The notes: generated from the letters alone by a model not told the origin. DNA of 64,000 bases from Ignavibacteriota bacterium (GCA_963701295.1 OY969585.1:1824001-1888000); one strand, 5' to 3'. Numbered from the stretch's first letter, positions 41,192 to 52,998 are shown. Made by a program: numbers and translations.

Positions 41192-43792
41192 ATGATTGAT
41201 ATGCGGCATATCAAGAATTCTCATGCTTGTCGAATAACATTAGCAATAGTGATGACAATCTGTGGACTGCTTCCGGCTTTTGCTCTCGATCCGCAAAAAA
41301 CGATTAATCAGTATGGCCACAATGTCTGGTTTAGACAAAACGGCCTACCGGCGAATGCTATCTATGTTGGCTTAGAGGGGCGAGACGGTTATCTCTGGCT
41401 TGGTACCTCGGCGGGTCTCTTCCGCTTCGATGGAGTCAATTTTACTCCGGTGAATACAAACCCAAAGGATAGTAAAGTAATTGAAACTATTTCAACATTA
41501 TGTTTGTCTAGAGACAGCAGTCTTTGGGTCGGCACGACTTTCAGCAATCTTCGACGCATCAAGAATGAGAAAATTTTTCGTTACAGTGGAAATGATGGAC
41601 TCATTTCGAGAGAAATTCAAGCATTATTGGAAAGCCGGACAGGACACATCTGGGTTGGTACATCTTATGGCCTCTTTATATATACCGGAGGGAAATTCAA
41701 ATCTATACCAATTAATCCGGGTTACATCACCAGTCTTGCAGAAGACTCGCTTGGCAGAATTTGGGTTGGAACACATGAAGGAGTACGTATCTTCGATGAT
41801 GTTCAATTAAAGCAGGTCGATAGCATGACAATCGCAAATGGATTGCCTCACGATATGATTACCACTCTCTTTACCGATCGTAATGCAAATGTTTGGATTG
41901 GAACAGTTGATGGGCTGGTTCGTTGGAAGAATGGTGCTTTGAAGACCTACAAATGGACGGATGGTTTATTCAATAATCACATTACCGCTATTTGTGAAGA
42001 CAGAGATAACAATCTGTGGTTTGGAACGTACAAGGGAATCAATCGTTTGTCTAAGGGAAAATGGTCGAGTATGACTTTTTCAGAGGGCCTCACAAACAAC
42101 CACGTTCTTAACATCTTTGAGGATTATGAAGGCAGTATCTGGGTGTGCACATTAGAGGGACTCAACCAGTACATGGATGTTAATATCACTTCCTTTACAG
42201 TCAAAGAAGGTCTCGCGAGCGATTATGTTTCCGGCGTTGTTGAGACACCTGACAGTAGTCTTTATATTCTCAGCAATGCAGATGGATGTATGACACGCTT
42301 TAAGGATGGTCGTACTACCACATATACCATAAATGTAGGGCCGGCATATGTAGCGCGTGATGGCAGTCTGTGGGTTGGCCAGACTGGCTTGCTTTTCAAC
42401 ATCAAGAATAATCAAATCAAACGTTATAATACCCAAACAGGCTTACTTAATAAATGGATATCTGCTATCACGGAAGATGACGTAAGTCTTATTCTTTTTG
42501 TCGATGGTATAGGTCTTCGAAGATTTATTAACGGACAGTTGGTGCCTTATCTCCTCAAGGACGGGAAACCATATACTTCTTTGGAATATGTTTCATGCTT
42601 ATATTCTCAATCTACTGGTCCCTTATGGATTGGTTCTACAAACGGTCTTGTGAAGATACAGAATGGATCTACTACGACTTTTAGGCAAACAGATGGGTTG
42701 GCCGGTAATTGGGTCACTTCAATTCTCGATGATCAGCAGGGAAGTTTGTGGATCTGTTCTCCAAGTGATGGACTTACACGTTATAAAGATGGTAAACTTA
42801 CACCCTTTACTATCAATGATGGTTTGTTCACGAACGAATTTTATTGCGTGCTGTGTGATGATCAAGGTGGTCTCTGGTTGAGCAGTCCAAGGGGAATTGT
42901 GTCTCTTATGCGCAAAAATATTGATGACTATCAAGCAGGAAGAGTCAAAACGTTGCAATCACAAGTTTATGGAACTGCCGATGGCATGAAGACAGATGAA
43001 TGTTTCGGTGGATGGCAGCCTGCCGGATGGAAGGCGCATAATGGGTGTCTTTGGTTTGCTACAAAAAAAGGTGCTGTCATGATTGATCCGAAAACCTTCA
43101 AATGGAACAAACTTCCACCGATAGTGCTGATTGATCGAATTCTTGTAGATCAAGAAATATTTCCGGCGGAACAATTTATCAGTTTTCCTCCTCAAACAGG
43201 AAAACTAGAATTTCATTACACAGCATTGAGTTTCCTTGCACCTGAGAGAGTGCTCTTTAAGTATAAAGTAGAGGGGTATGACCATGACTGGGTGGACGCT
43301 GGCACGCGGCGAGTGGCATACTATACAAACCTTCCTTCTGGTGAATATCGCTTTCGTGTGATGGCTTGTAACAATGATGGCGTGTGGAACGAAATAGGAG
43401 CAAGCATTGTATTCAGGCTCCGGCCACATTTCTATGAGGCATATTGGTTCTATGGCATAGTGTTGGTTGTTCTCGGAGGAGCAATATTCGGTGCATACCG
43501 ATTGCGGGTGTGGCAGCTCTTAATAAGAGAGAAAGAACTCCAGAAGGGCATCCAAGAAGCATTGGCCAATGTTAAAACATTGAGCGGCCTGCTTCCAATT
43601 TGCGCCAACTGCAAGAAAATCCGCAATGATAAAGGATATTGGGATCAGATAGAAGGGTATATCCAAAAACACTCGGAAGCACAATTTACGCATGGCATTT
43701 GCCCGGAGTGTACAGAGAAATTGTATGGCGACATCTTTTTGAAAAAAAATAAGCATGGGAGTACTTCAGTACGTTCATCTTCGCAAGGTTAG
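41192..43792 (+). CDS. Beta-propeller (Reg_prop) + Y_Y_Y membrane sensor ending in a Cys-rich CxxC...HGxCxxC domain; no kinase domain
   Basis: Repeated D..G.LW.GT..GL blades, AYYTNLPSGEYRFRVMACNNDGVWN, one TM helix, LPICANCKKIR...FTHGICPEC. Confidence 0.85.
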   Translation: MIDMRHIKNSHACRITLAIVMTICGLLPAFALDPQKTINQYGHNVWFRQNGLPANAIYVGLEGRDGYLWLGTSAGLFRFDGVNFTPVNTNPKDSKVIETISTLCLSRDSSLWVGTTFSNLRRIKNEKIFRYSGNDGLISREIQALLESRTGHIWVGTSYGLFIYTGGKFKSIPINPGYITSLAEDSLGRIWVGTHEGVRIFDDVQLKQVDSMTIANGLPHDMITTLFTDRNANVWIGTVDGLVRWKNGALKTYKWTDGLFNNHITAICEDRDNNLWFGTYKGINRLSKGKWSSMTFSEGLTNNHVLNIFEDYEGSIWVCTLEGLNQYMDVNITSFTVKEGLASDYVSGVVETPDSSLYILSNADGCMTRFKDGRTTTYTINVGPAYVARDGSLWVGQTGLLFNIKNNQIKRYNTQTGLLNKWISAITEDDVSLILFVDGIGLRRFINGQLVPYLLKDGKPYTSLEYVSCLYSQSTGPLWIGSTNGLVKIQNGSTTTFRQTDGLAGNWVTSILDDQQGSLWICSPSDGLTRYKDGKLTPFTINDGLFTNEFYCVLCDDQGGLWLSSPRGIVSLMRKNIDDYQAGRVKTLQSQVYGTADGMKTDECFGGWQPAGWKAHNGCLWFATKKGAVMIDPKTFKWNKLPPIVLIDRILVDQEIFPAEQFISFPPQTGKLEFHYTALSFLAPERVLFKYKVEGYDHDWVDAGTRRVAYYTNLPSGEYRFRVMACNNDGVWNEIGASIVFRLRPHFYEAYWFYGIVLVVLGGAIFGAYRLRVWQLLIREKELQKGIQEALANVKTLSGLLPICANCKKIRNDKGYWDQIEGYIQKHSEAQFTHGICPECTEKLYGDIFLKKNKHGSTSVRSSSQG

Positions 43793-44043
43793 ACGAAGAA
43801 ATAAACCCTTGACTCTTATATCGGTACTAAACACTCTGGAGCATTGTTCAAAAGAAGATTCAATTTTTGTACTTAGAAGAGTAATTCTAAAAAAAAAGAA
43901 ATAACAATAGACTCATCAGTTTTTACTCTCGATTTGGGAAGAATCTCAGTTACATATTCATATTGATGGGGATTTGTTTATTTTTTTCTATTGAAAGATA
44001 ATCCAAAACAACACACTTCATAAAATCGAAAAGGAAATAATAT

Positions 44044-45720
44044 ATGGAAGCTATTGGACTTTCACATATTGATTGGGTGATTATCATCATCTATTTCGGC
44101 TTTGTCCTTGGCATTGGTTTGTATCTTCGCAGATATACGAAAAGTCAGGAAGATTTTTTTCTCGCTGGAAGGAAGAACTCTACATGGGTTGCGGGGCTTG
44201 CTTTTCTTTCAGCAAATCTTGGTGCACTCGAGTTGCTCGGCATGACAGGCAATACGTTCAAATACGGAATGTACGTCGCACATTTCTATTGGATCGGTGC
44301 AATTCCGGCAATGCTCTTTCTTGGCATCTATATGATGCCATTTTATTATAGCAGTAAAATCAATTCTATCCCGGGCTATCTTAAACTCCGTTTTGATGAA
44401 AAGACACGAGTGCTCAATGGTATTTCTTTTGCAATTATGACACTTCTTGTATCTGGAATTAATCTCTATGCTATGGCACTTGTGCTTCATACATTTCTCG
44501 GCTGGAACTGGGATTACAGCATGTGGGCTTCGGCAATTACCGTTGCAGGATATGTCACGTTGAGCGGCTTACTGTCCGCAATTTTTACTGAAATTGTGCA
44601 GTTTTTCCTCATCTGGTTTGGATTATTTCTCGTTTCGATTCTTGGAATAATAGAAATAGGAAGTGTCAGTGAAATTATAGCTCGAATTAATGCCCATTTC
44701 GCACAGGTTTCCTTCACCACCTTATGGTCATCTTCATCAGATCCGATGCAGAATGGAATGTTAGTTCACTGGGGCGGTATTGTGCTCGGTCTGGGATTCG
44801 TTTTATCTTTTGGATATTGGACAACAGACTTTCTCGTAGTTCAACGTGCATTCTCGGCAAAGGATTTACGCTCGGCGCGTATGACACCGATTCTTGCATC
44901 ATTCTTTAAAATGGCTTTACCTTTTATTGTGATCCTTGCAGGATTGATAGCAATTGCTCTTTCACTTGATCCGAAAAGTGGATTCAAATTATTACATGAT
45001 GGAGGGCAGGTGAATTATGATTCCGCATTGCCTCTCTTAATAGCCCGGTATTATCCGCCCGGTTTAGTTGGCTTAGGAGTGACAGCATTGCTCGCCGGAT
45101 TTATGGCGGGACAAGCAGGGAACATCAGTGCATTCAATACGGTATGGACATACGACATCTATAAATCTGTCTTGAACAAAAAAGCATCCGATGCGAATCT
45201 TCTCTGGATGGGACGCGCATCGACCATTGTTGGTGTCATCCTTTCCTTAGTAACGGCCTATTGGGCAAAAGGTTTTCCCAGTATCATGGATTATATGCAG
45301 GCAATTTTTTCGTGGGTCAATGCCCCGCTCTTTGCAACCATGCTGCTCGGTATGTTCATCTGGTGGATTACACCGAATGGTGCTTTCTGGGGCCTCGTCG
45401 TAGGGATGCTTTCGTCAATCCTCATGTATTTAGCTGTCAAGTTTCACTGGTTTGCACAAAGTATCATCACGATGTCGAGTGTTCAGAGCGATATGGCAGC
45501 AAACTTCTGGCGGGCATGGTGGGCGTGGTTGATTTGTGCTATCGTAACTGTTGCGGTAAGCTTGTGGACAAAAAAGAAACCGAAAGAAGAACTTGTCGGT
45601 TTGGTCAAAGGATTGACCGAGGAGAAGCACGATCAGGATATCCCGTTTATAAAGAAACCGGAATTTTATGCAATTATATCATTGATCGTCTTAATACTGC
45701 TCAACATTTGGTTCTGGTAA
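44044..45720 (+). CDS. Sodium:solute symporter (SSS family), probably a sugar transporter
   Basis: DFFLAGR, YLKLRF and YWTTDFLVVQR motifs; about 14 TM segments; upstream of galK-galT. Confidence 0.93.
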   Translation: MEAIGLSHIDWVIIIIYFGFVLGIGLYLRRYTKSQEDFFLAGRKNSTWVAGLAFLSANLGALELLGMTGNTFKYGMYVAHFYWIGAIPAMLFLGIYMMPFYYSSKINSIPGYLKLRFDEKTRVLNGISFAIMTLLVSGINLYAMALVLHTFLGWNWDYSMWASAITVAGYVTLSGLLSAIFTEIVQFFLIWFGLFLVSILGIIEIGSVSEIIARINAHFAQVSFTTLWSSSSDPMQNGMLVHWGGIVLGLGFVLSFGYWTTDFLVVQRAFSAKDLRSARMTPILASFFKMALPFIVILAGLIAIALSLDPKSGFKLLHDGGQVNYDSALPLLIARYYPPGLVGLGVTALLAGFMAGQAGNISAFNTVWTYDIYKSVLNKKASDANLLWMGRASTIVGVILSLVTAYWAKGFPSIMDYMQAIFSWVNAPLFATMLLGMFIWWITPNGAFWGLVVGMLSSILMYLAVKFHWFAQSIITMSSVQSDMAANFWRAWWAWLICAIVTVAVSLWTKKKPKEELVGLVKGLTEEKHDQDIPFIKKPEFYAIISLIVLILLNIWFW

Positions 45721-45735
45721 TTAAGGAGAAAAAAA

Positions 45736-45951
45736 ATGTCTGAACATAAAATGAAACCTATTTGGTATTTTGTTGGATTGATATTATTGGTCATAGGGGG
45801 TCTTGTCTTTTGCAGCGGTATCTATCAATTTTTTAATCCACCTCTTGTGAAAACAGTTTTAGCTGAAATACATCCAGATATTTGGTGGGGGGGCTTTATG
45901 GTTATCTTCGGAGGAGGGATGTATTTGAAAATGAGAAAGCAAACAAGGTGA
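45736..45951 (+). CDS. Small two-TM membrane protein coupled to the SSS gene
   Basis: AAGGAG RBS; IWYFVGLILL...HPDIWWG. Confidence 0.7.
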   Translation: MSEHKMKPIWYFVGLILLVIGGLVFCSGIYQFFNPPLVKTVLAEIHPDIWWGGFMVIFGGGMYLKMRKQTR

Positions 45952-45957
45952 ATCTCT

Positions 45958-47115
45958 ATGAACCTTGTTCAATCGGTTGCAGCACTATTTTGGGAAAGAT
46001 TCAAAGTACAACCCCTCTTGTTTCGTTCACCTGGAAGAGTGAATCTTATCGGCGAGCACACGGATTACAATATGGGGTATGTTCTTCCGGCAGCTATCGA
46101 TAAAGCAATTTTTTTTGCAATTGCTCCGCGGAGTGATCGACAGTGCTCTGTGTATGCGATGGATATGAACGATGGTCATGAGTTTTCGGTAGAGAGTCTT
46201 CAATTTTCAAAAAAGGGCTGGCCGAATTATCTCATGGGAGTGGTGGATCAGTTCGTCAAAGCGAAGTATAGCATGAGAGGATTTAATTGTGTTTTTGGAG
46301 GAGACATTCCCATCGGCGCAGGGATGTCGTCTTCTGCAGCACTCGAAGCAGGATTGGCTTTTGCACTCAACACTCTATTCAATTTACAGATTGATGCTCT
46401 TTCCCTCGTGAAGCTTGCTCAAAAGGCAGAGAATGAATTTGTCGGTGTTCGATGCGGCATTATGGATCAATACGTAAACATTTTTGGTGCACAAGATAAC
46501 GTCCTTCGTATTGACTGCCGCACATTAGAATACAAATACTATCCGTTTGCTTTTAACAATATATCTCTCGTTCTCTTTGACACATGCGTCTCGCATTCGT
46601 TGGCATCATCGGAATATAATAGAAGAAGAGAAGAATGCAGCGAGGGAGTAGAAATAATAAAAAAAAGGTATCCAGGTGTGCGCTATTTGCGGGATGTATC
46701 TGTTGATATGATACAAAAATGCAAGGACAAGATGGACCCAACGATCTATCGAAGGTGTACATATGTCGTTGAGGAAAATGATCGTGTGCTCAGTGCGTGC
46801 ACCGAACTGGAACAAGGAAACTTGAAAGCTTTTGGTGTGTACATGAACAGAACACACACAGGATTGAGCCGCGACTATGAAGTGAGCTGCGCAGAACTTG
46901 ATTATCTCGTGGAATTGGTTAAGGACAATCCATACGTCTATGGCTCGCGGATGATGGGGGGCGGGTTTGGAGGATGTACGATTAATCTCATTGAGAAAAA
47001 TAACATTGAGCAAATAAGGCAGACTGTAACCGAAAAGTATAAGCATCAATTCAACAGTAATCTTAAAACATATATCACAACCATCGGTTCCGGGACGAAT
47101 GTTATTACGGTGTAG
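45958..47115 (+). CDS. galK: Galactokinase
   Basis: PGRVNLIGEHTDYN, PIGAGMSSSAA, CGIMDQ, GSRMMGGGFGG. Confidence 0.97.
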   Translation: MNLVQSVAALFWERFKVQPLLFRSPGRVNLIGEHTDYNMGYVLPAAIDKAIFFAIAPRSDRQCSVYAMDMNDGHEFSVESLQFSKKGWPNYLMGVVDQFVKAKYSMRGFNCVFGGDIPIGAGMSSSAALEAGLAFALNTLFNLQIDALSLVKLAQKAENEFVGVRCGIMDQYVNIFGAQDNVLRIDCRTLEYKYYPFAFNNISLVLFDTCVSHSLASSEYNRRREECSEGVEIIKKRYPGVRYLRDVSVDMIQKCKDKMDPTIYRRCTYVVEENDRVLSACTELEQGNLKAFGVYMNRTHTGLSRDYEVSCAELDYLVELVKDNPYVYGSRMMGGGFGGCTINLIEKNNIEQIRQTVTEKYKHQFNSNLKTYITTIGSGTNVITV

Positions 47116-47119
47116 AAAA

Positions 47120-48169
47120 ATGAAGCAACCTGATTTGGCTCATATCCCTCACCGAAGAAAAAATATCCTTACGGGGGATTGGGTGTTGGTATCCCCTCAT
47201 CGAACGAATCGCCCTTGGCAGGGTGAAATATCAAAATTACCAAGTGAGCAGAGACGCTCGTATGAACCAGACTGTTACTTGTGTCCGGGAAATAAGCGGG
47301 CGAACGGAGATGTCAATCCTCCCTATACAGCCACCTTTGCTTTTACGAATGATTTCTCCGCCTTGCTTGAAGATGTGCCTTCTGCGAAGAAGAATGAAAA
47401 TAATCTACTCCAGATGAGGGTCGAAAAAGGAATTTGCAGGGTCGTCAATTTTACTCCCCGGCACGATTTGACTCTTGCAGAGATGCATGAAAGCGAAATA
47501 GAAAATGTTATTGCTGCCTGGCAAAATGAATTCCGTTCCTTAGCTTCTCATCCAAGAATTAACTATGTGCAGATATTTGAGAATAAGGGATCGCTCATGG
47601 GGAATAGCAATCCTCATCCTCATGGACAACTATGGGCGCAGGAAAGTATTCCGACGGAGCCGCTGAAAGAACTGAAGCAATTCAAATCGTATTATACAAA
47701 AAGAAAGCACGATCTCTTGACAGAATATCTCAAGCTGGAACTGCGGCTGAAAGAAAGAGTTGTGTACGAAAATGGATCGTTTGTTGTTCTCGTGCCATTT
47801 TGGGCGGTCTGGCCTTTTGAAACTATCATCATTTCCAAAAGAAGGATTTCTAACATCCTCGAGTTAAGAATAATAGAAAAAAAAGATTTTGCCAACGCAT
47901 TGAGTATCCTTACGATTAAATACGATAATCTTTTTAAAACCTCATTCCCCTATTCGGCTGGATTGCATCAGGCACCGACTGACGGGAAAAAACATACAGA
48001 GTGGCATGTTCACATGCATTTCTATCCGCCGCTCCTGCGGTCTGCAACGATAAAAAAATTTATGGTTGGATATGAAATGTTGGCCGAACCTCAAAGAGAC
48101 ATTACTCCCGAGTACAGCGCCAAAGTATTAAAAGAGTTGCCGGTTGTTCATTACAAAGATACCCAGTAA
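47120..48169 (+). CDS. galT: Galactose-1-phosphate uridylyltransferase
   Basis: HRTNRPWQG, CYLCPGN, FENKG..MGNSNPHPHGQ, KKFMVGYE. Confidence 0.97.
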   Translation: MKQPDLAHIPHRRKNILTGDWVLVSPHRTNRPWQGEISKLPSEQRRSYEPDCYLCPGNKRANGDVNPPYTATFAFTNDFSALLEDVPSAKKNENNLLQMRVEKGICRVVNFTPRHDLTLAEMHESEIENVIAAWQNEFRSLASHPRINYVQIFENKGSLMGNSNPHPHGQLWAQESIPTEPLKELKQFKSYYTKRKHDLLTEYLKLELRLKERVVYENGSFVVLVPFWAVWPFETIIISKRRISNILELRIIEKKDFANALSILTIKYDNLFKTSFPYSAGLHQAPTDGKKHTEWHVHMHFYPPLLRSATIKKFMVGYEMLAEPQRDITPEYSAKVLKELPVVHYKDTQ

Positions 48170-48332
48170 GAGTCCGAGAGAACGGTTCCAAACTCAGAAG
48201 CGAGTTTTGTACTCCTTTCGAGGATTTAGGTAACAGCGAATAATCCTCATCCCGAGTTTGTTGTGTTGCTAGAACTTTTTTACCCGCTATTATTTTGGCG
48301 GGCAGGTAATTCCTGCGCCACTGACAAATATT

Positions 48333-48393
48333 CCGCGAATATCCCCTCAAAGGAAGGTTTAAGAGCAAGGCATCAAAAAGCCGACAAAGTTCA
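48333..48393 (+). repeat. About 60-bp diverged direct repeat, copy 1
   Basis: Shares CTCAAAGGAAGGTTT and CCGACAAA.TTCA with 63743-63805. Confidence 0.7.
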
Positions 48394-48796
48394 ATTCACT
48401 CATTATCACCAATAATCTGGAAAAACCTGTGTCGCGAAGCCGAGGAAGAGGTTGAAGAACAAAAGCAAATGAACACACTTCTTGCCTTTTATTGAAAGCG
48501 TCGCTACCTTCTCATTAATAAAAAGTTGTCAATCTCTTTCACCGCAAAAGGGATTGGGCATGAGAGTATGCAGACAAGTGTAATACGCCTTCATCAGACA
48601 TCAAATCCCGTTTTATGCCAAATCATTCCTGAAAATTTTCTACGGCGCCCTCCAAAGAGCCGGCGCCTGTGTATAATAGTAACGCATGCTGTGTTATTCG
48701 TACCGCGCGGAGGCTCACATGGTTCATAGCATACGCTTGGTGTGTCTATTCAGCCGAAGGTAACGGTGCAGGTTACGATAGAGAAGGAGCATTAAA

Positions 48797-51700
48797 ATGG
48801 CGCAACGTAAGAAAACATCAATAAAGCCAAAAGCCTCTTCACCAAAAAAATTGCATCCGCAGTACATTCTTCTCGTTGAAGATGAACCGGCTCATGCCGC
48901 AGCCATTCGCCATGCTATTCGATCCGCCAACCCGAATGTCGTGGTGAAGGTTGCGGGTTCATTGCAAGAGTATCGCAGCGCGACAGCGACCTCATTGCCC
49001 GATATAGTTTTGATCGATATAAATCTCCCGGATGGAAAAGCTTTCGATGTACTGACACCGCCCCCGGAAGCCGGATCATTCCCGATTGTTGTGATGACCA
49101 GTTATAGCGATGAAAAAAAAGCTGTCAAGGCGATAAAAGAAGGGGCGCTCGATTATGTCGTGAAGTCTCCCGATGCTTTTAAAGAAATACCCCGCACCTT
49201 AGAGCGTGCTCTGCGTGAGTGGAAGCTGATTCAGGAGAGCAAAAGGGCAGAAGAATTACTACGGGAATCAGAGAAAAAGTACAAGGCAGTTATCGAAGGT
49301 GCTGCAGAGGGTATTTTGATAGCTGATCTGGAAACCAAAAAATTCAAATATGCAAATCCTTTGATTTGTTCGATGCTCGGTTACAGCCCTAACGAGCTTG
49401 TCGGATTATCCGTAAATGACATTCACCCGCCAGAGCATCTGCCGGAAGTAATTGCTGGATTCGAATCCATTGCTCGCGGTGAAATTACGCTTTCGTACCG
49501 CATCCCCTGTTTGCGTAAGGATGGGACTATTCTCTTTGCAGAAATAAACACAACAAGAATCATATTTGAAGGTACACTGTGCAATGTAGGCTTTTTTACA
49601 GACATCACCGAACGTATGCGGGTGGAAGAAGAGCTCAAAGAGAGCGAAAGGCGATTCCACACGCTGATTGAAAATAGTGACGATGTTTTCTCGTTAGTTG
49701 ATCCAAAAGGACAAATTTTGTACAGAAGCCCCTCAGCTAGTCGGATTCTAGGCATTCCTGATGAGGAAATAGTTAACACCAATATGTTGGAGCGGATTTG
49801 GCCTAGCGACCTTAAAGACGTGAAGCATACCTTTGATCAAATGCTTCAAGCTCCAAGAAAGCCCATTGCCTTTCAAACTCGCGTGAAGAATAAGGATGGT
49901 TTGCCACTTTGGATAGAGGGTGTTGGTACCAATTTAATCACTGATCCTGTCGTCCACGCTGTTGTAATCAATTATCGTAACATCACCGAGCGCAAGCGGA
50001 TGGAAGAAGAAATCAAATTTGAGAAGGAAGAATTACAAATACTCAACAATATCATTCTTAAAATTATTGAAGTGACAGATCTTAAAAGTCGTCTTGAGTA
50101 CATAATGGACGAATCATTAAAAGTTGTTGATCTGGAAGGAGGAACAATATGCCTGCTTAATCGGGACGATACTTTCAATCTTGCAGTTCATCGCGAAACC
50201 TCTGAAGAGACTATAAATGACTTATCGTTACATAATATTAAAATAGGCGAATGTCTCTGCGGCAATTGTGCAAAGGAATGCAAGCCACTGATACTTAACA
50301 CTCGTGAAGAAGTTCTTAATTTTGCAACACGCGAGGTTTTACGCGGCGAAGATATCCGCTTCCATGCTGCATTTCCATTTGTCATTCAGGGAGAATGCGT
50401 CGGCGTACTTTGCGTCTTCACCAGAACTGATAAAAAACCAACCAGTCATTCGTTGAATCTGTTAAAAACTATCGTTGCACAAACCGCAGTATCAATTGAA
50501 AATGCAGATTTGTTTGATGACGTACGTGAGAGTGAGGTACGTTATCGTGCCCTGGTTGAGTCCTCCCCCGACGCAATCACGCAATCTGACCTAAGCGGTA
50601 AGATTCTCATGTGTAACTTGCAAACCGCATTACTGCTTGGGTACGAACGTCTGGAAGACCTGATCGGCACAAGTGTATTCGATCTGTTTCCGCTGGAGGA
50701 ACTGGAACGTGCCAGAGTAAACTTGCAGAAAACCTTAAAAGAAGGTGTCATCAGAAATACTGAATATCGTTTGCTCAAAAAGGATGGTTCTCAATTTCAA
50801 GTGGAACTTAGCGCGACGGTAATCCCAGATGCGGAGGGCAAACCCGCTTCGTTTATGGCTATGACACGTGACATCACCGAGCGTAGGCGAGCGGAGGAGG
50901 CATTGCGGGATAGCGAGAAGCGGCTCTCTGAACTCAATATATTACAGGGAATCTTACTGCAACCGAATCCCATCGAACAAAAGCTCAAGCTCATTACTGA
51001 GAATATAGTGCGTGTCATAGGTGCTGACTTTGCCAGAATCTGGATGATAAAACCCGGTGACCGCTGCGAAGCTGGCTGTATTCACGCTCAAGTAGTGGAT
51101 GGGCCGCACGCCTGTCGGTTCCGGGATCGGTGCTTGCATCTGATGAGCAGTTCTGGCCGCTATACCCACATCGATGGCCGGGATCACGGTCGGGTGCCGT
51201 TCGGTTGTTACAAGATTGGAAAGATCGCTGCCGGAGAGGGAACCAGATTCCTTACAAACGAAGTAACGACTGACCCGCGTGTCCACAATCATACATGGGC
51301 CAAAGAAATGGGTTTAGTCTCCTTCGCTGACTATCGTCTGGTCGATATTGATGGCACCCCGATCGGCGTGTTGGCGCTCTTCAGTAAGCAAGCGATCTCG
51401 GTGAAGGAAGACTTGTTCTTGCAGGGGATTGCGAATGTGACCTCTCATGTATTGCAAGCAGCGCGGACGGAAGAAGCGCTGCGTAACAGTGAGGAAAAAT
51501 TCAGAAAAGCATTCATGACAAGTCCGGATGCTGTCACCATCAATCGATTGAAAGACGGCGTGTATGTTTCTATTAATCAGGGTTTCACTCGCATTATGGA
51601 ATATACCGAAGAAGATATTCTTAAAAAAACTTCCATCGAAACAAATATTTGGGTTGATCCCAGTGACAGGAATAAACTGGTGGAAGGTTTGAAGAAGGAT

Positions 51701-52993
51701 GGGATAGTAGAAAACTTTGTGGCTCGGTTTCGTTCAAAAACCGGTGAGATAAAATATGGGATGATATCTGCTTCCATTATTGAACTCGATGGAATCCAGC
51801 ATATACTGGGTATTGTCAGAGATATCACAGAACGCAATCTGATAGAAGAACAACTGCGCCAGATGCAAAAATTAGAAGGGTTAGGAACACTTGCCGGTGG
51901 TATTGCGCATGATTTCAATAATATTCTTGGAATCATACTGGCATACAACACGAGCATTGAAAGGTCCAAAGGTGACGCCAAGAAATTAGACCTTGCTACT
52001 GAAATTATCGCGAAAACGGTACAGCGCGGCAAAACACTCGTTCAGCAGGTATTGACGTTTGCGAGAAAATCGGCGACAGAATTTGGACCAGTGGATGTGA
52101 ATGATATTGTGAAAGATATTTCGGGCATGATTTTTGAAATGTTTCCTAAGAATATTACTCAAGCACTAAACTTCAATAAAAGTATTTCTTTTATTAATGC
52201 AGATCGCTCGCAGTTAAATCAAGCACTATTGAACCTTTGTGTCAATGCGCGAGATGCGATGCCAAGCGGCGGCGTTCTTACTATCAGTACGCACATTATC
52301 TCTGTTGCAAACCTGCGTAATCAGCATCCGGACGCTGCTGCGAGCAGTTATGTCTGTATTGAAGTGAGTGATACGGGGGAAGGGATGACCGAAGAGATAC
52401 GAAAGAGAATCTTTGAGCCGTTCTTCACCACGAAGGGAATAGGAAAAGGAACCGGATTAGGATTATCTGTGGTGTTCGGAGTTGTTCAAACCCATAAAGG
52501 ATTTATTGATGTAGAAAGCGAACTTGGTAAGGGGACGACCTTCCGCTTGTATCTGCCCGTGTCGCAAGCAATAGAGTCAGTCATTGAAAAAGAGGAAGAA
52601 ACGTTGGAAGAGATTCCGGGCGGAACAGAAACGTTGTTGGTGGTGGAGGATGAAGAGACACTGTTGCTGTTTCTCCAGACTGCGCTTGTGGATAAAGGAT
52701 ACAAGGTTCTTTCTGCTAAGGATGGACTAACGGCATTGAGAATCTATCAAGAGAGAAAGAACGATATCTCACTTGTGTTGACCGATCTCGGATTGCCTAG
52801 TATGACCGGCCTTGAGGTCTGTCAGAGGATCAAGAAAATCGATCCGAAGGAACACATGATCCTAGCGACAGGGTTTCTAGATCCGGACATGAAATCGGAA
52901 TTTCTGAAAGCGGGGATACAGCATTTTCTCTATAAACCGTATGATTTCAAGAAAGTTCTGAAAGTTGTACGGGAAGTGTTAGATGCGAAATGA
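48797..52993 (+). CDS. Hybrid sensor kinase REC-PAS-PAS-GAF-PAS-GAF-PAS-HisKA-HATPase-REC
   Basis: [12 protein letters not shown]-box, [21 protein letters not shown]; DITER PAS ends. Confidence 0.93.
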   Translation: MAQRKKTSIKPKASSPKKLHPQYILLVEDEPAHAAAIRHAIRSANPNVVVKVAGSLQEYRSATATSLPDIVLIDINLPDGKAFDVLTPPPEAGSFPIVVMTSYSDEKKAVKAIKEGALDYVVKSPDAFKEIPRTLERALREWKLIQESKRAEELLRESEKKYKAVIEGAAEGILIADLETKKFKYANPLICSMLGYSPNELVGLSVNDIHPPEHLPEVIAGFESIARGEITLSYRIPCLRKDGTILFAEINTTRIIFEGTLCNVGFFTDITERMRVEEELKESERRFHTLIENSDDVFSLVDPKGQILYRSPSASRILGIPDEEIVNTNMLERIWPSDLKDVKHTFDQMLQAPRKPIAFQTRVKNKDGLPLWIEGVGTNLITDPVVHAVVINYRNITERKRMEEEIKFEKEELQILNNIILKIIEVTDLKSRLEYIMDESLKVVDLEGGTICLLNRDDTFNLAVHRETSEETINDLSLHNIKIGECLCGNCAKECKPLILNTREEVLNFATREVLRGEDIRFHAAFPFVIQGECVGVLCVFTRTDKKPTSHSLNLLKTIVAQTAVSIENADLFDDVRESEVRYRALVESSPDAITQSDLSGKILMCNLQTALLLGYERLEDLIGTSVFDLFPLEELERARVNLQKTLKEGVIRNTEYRLLKKDGSQFQVELSATVIPDAEGKPASFMAMTRDITERRRAEEALRDSEKRLSELNILQGILLQPNPIEQKLKLITENIVRVIGADFARIWMIKPGDRCEAGCIHAQVVDGPHACRFRDRCLHLMSSSGRYTHIDGRDHGRVPFGCYKIGKIAAGEGTRFLTNEVTTDPRVHNHTWAKEMGLVSFADYRLVDIDGTPIGVLALFSKQAISVKEDLFLQGIANVTSHVLQAARTEEALRNSEEKFRKAFMTSPDAVTINRLKDGVYVSINQGFTRIMEYTEEDILKKTSIETNIWVDPSDRNKLVEGLKKDGIVENFVARFRSKTGEIKYGMISASIIELDGIQHILGIVRDITERNLIEEQLRQMQKLEGLGTLAGGIAHDFNNILGIILAYNTSIERSKGDAKKLDLATEIIAKTVQRGKTLVQQVLTFARKSATEFGPVDVNDIVKDISGMIFEMFPKNITQALNFNKSISFINADRSQLNQALLNLCVNARDAMPSGGVLTISTHIISVANLRNQHPDAAASSYVCIEVSDTGEGMTEEIRKRIFEPFFTTKGIGKGTGLGLSVVFGVVQTHKGFIDVESELGKGTTFRLYLPVSQAIESVIEKEEETLEEIPGGTETLLVVEDEETLLLFLQTALVDKGYKVLSAKDGLTALRIYQERKNDISLVLTDLGLPSMTGLEVCQRIKKIDPKEHMILATGFLDPDMKSEFLKAGIQHFLYKPYDFKKVLKVVREVLDAK

Positions 52994-52998
52994 ACATT

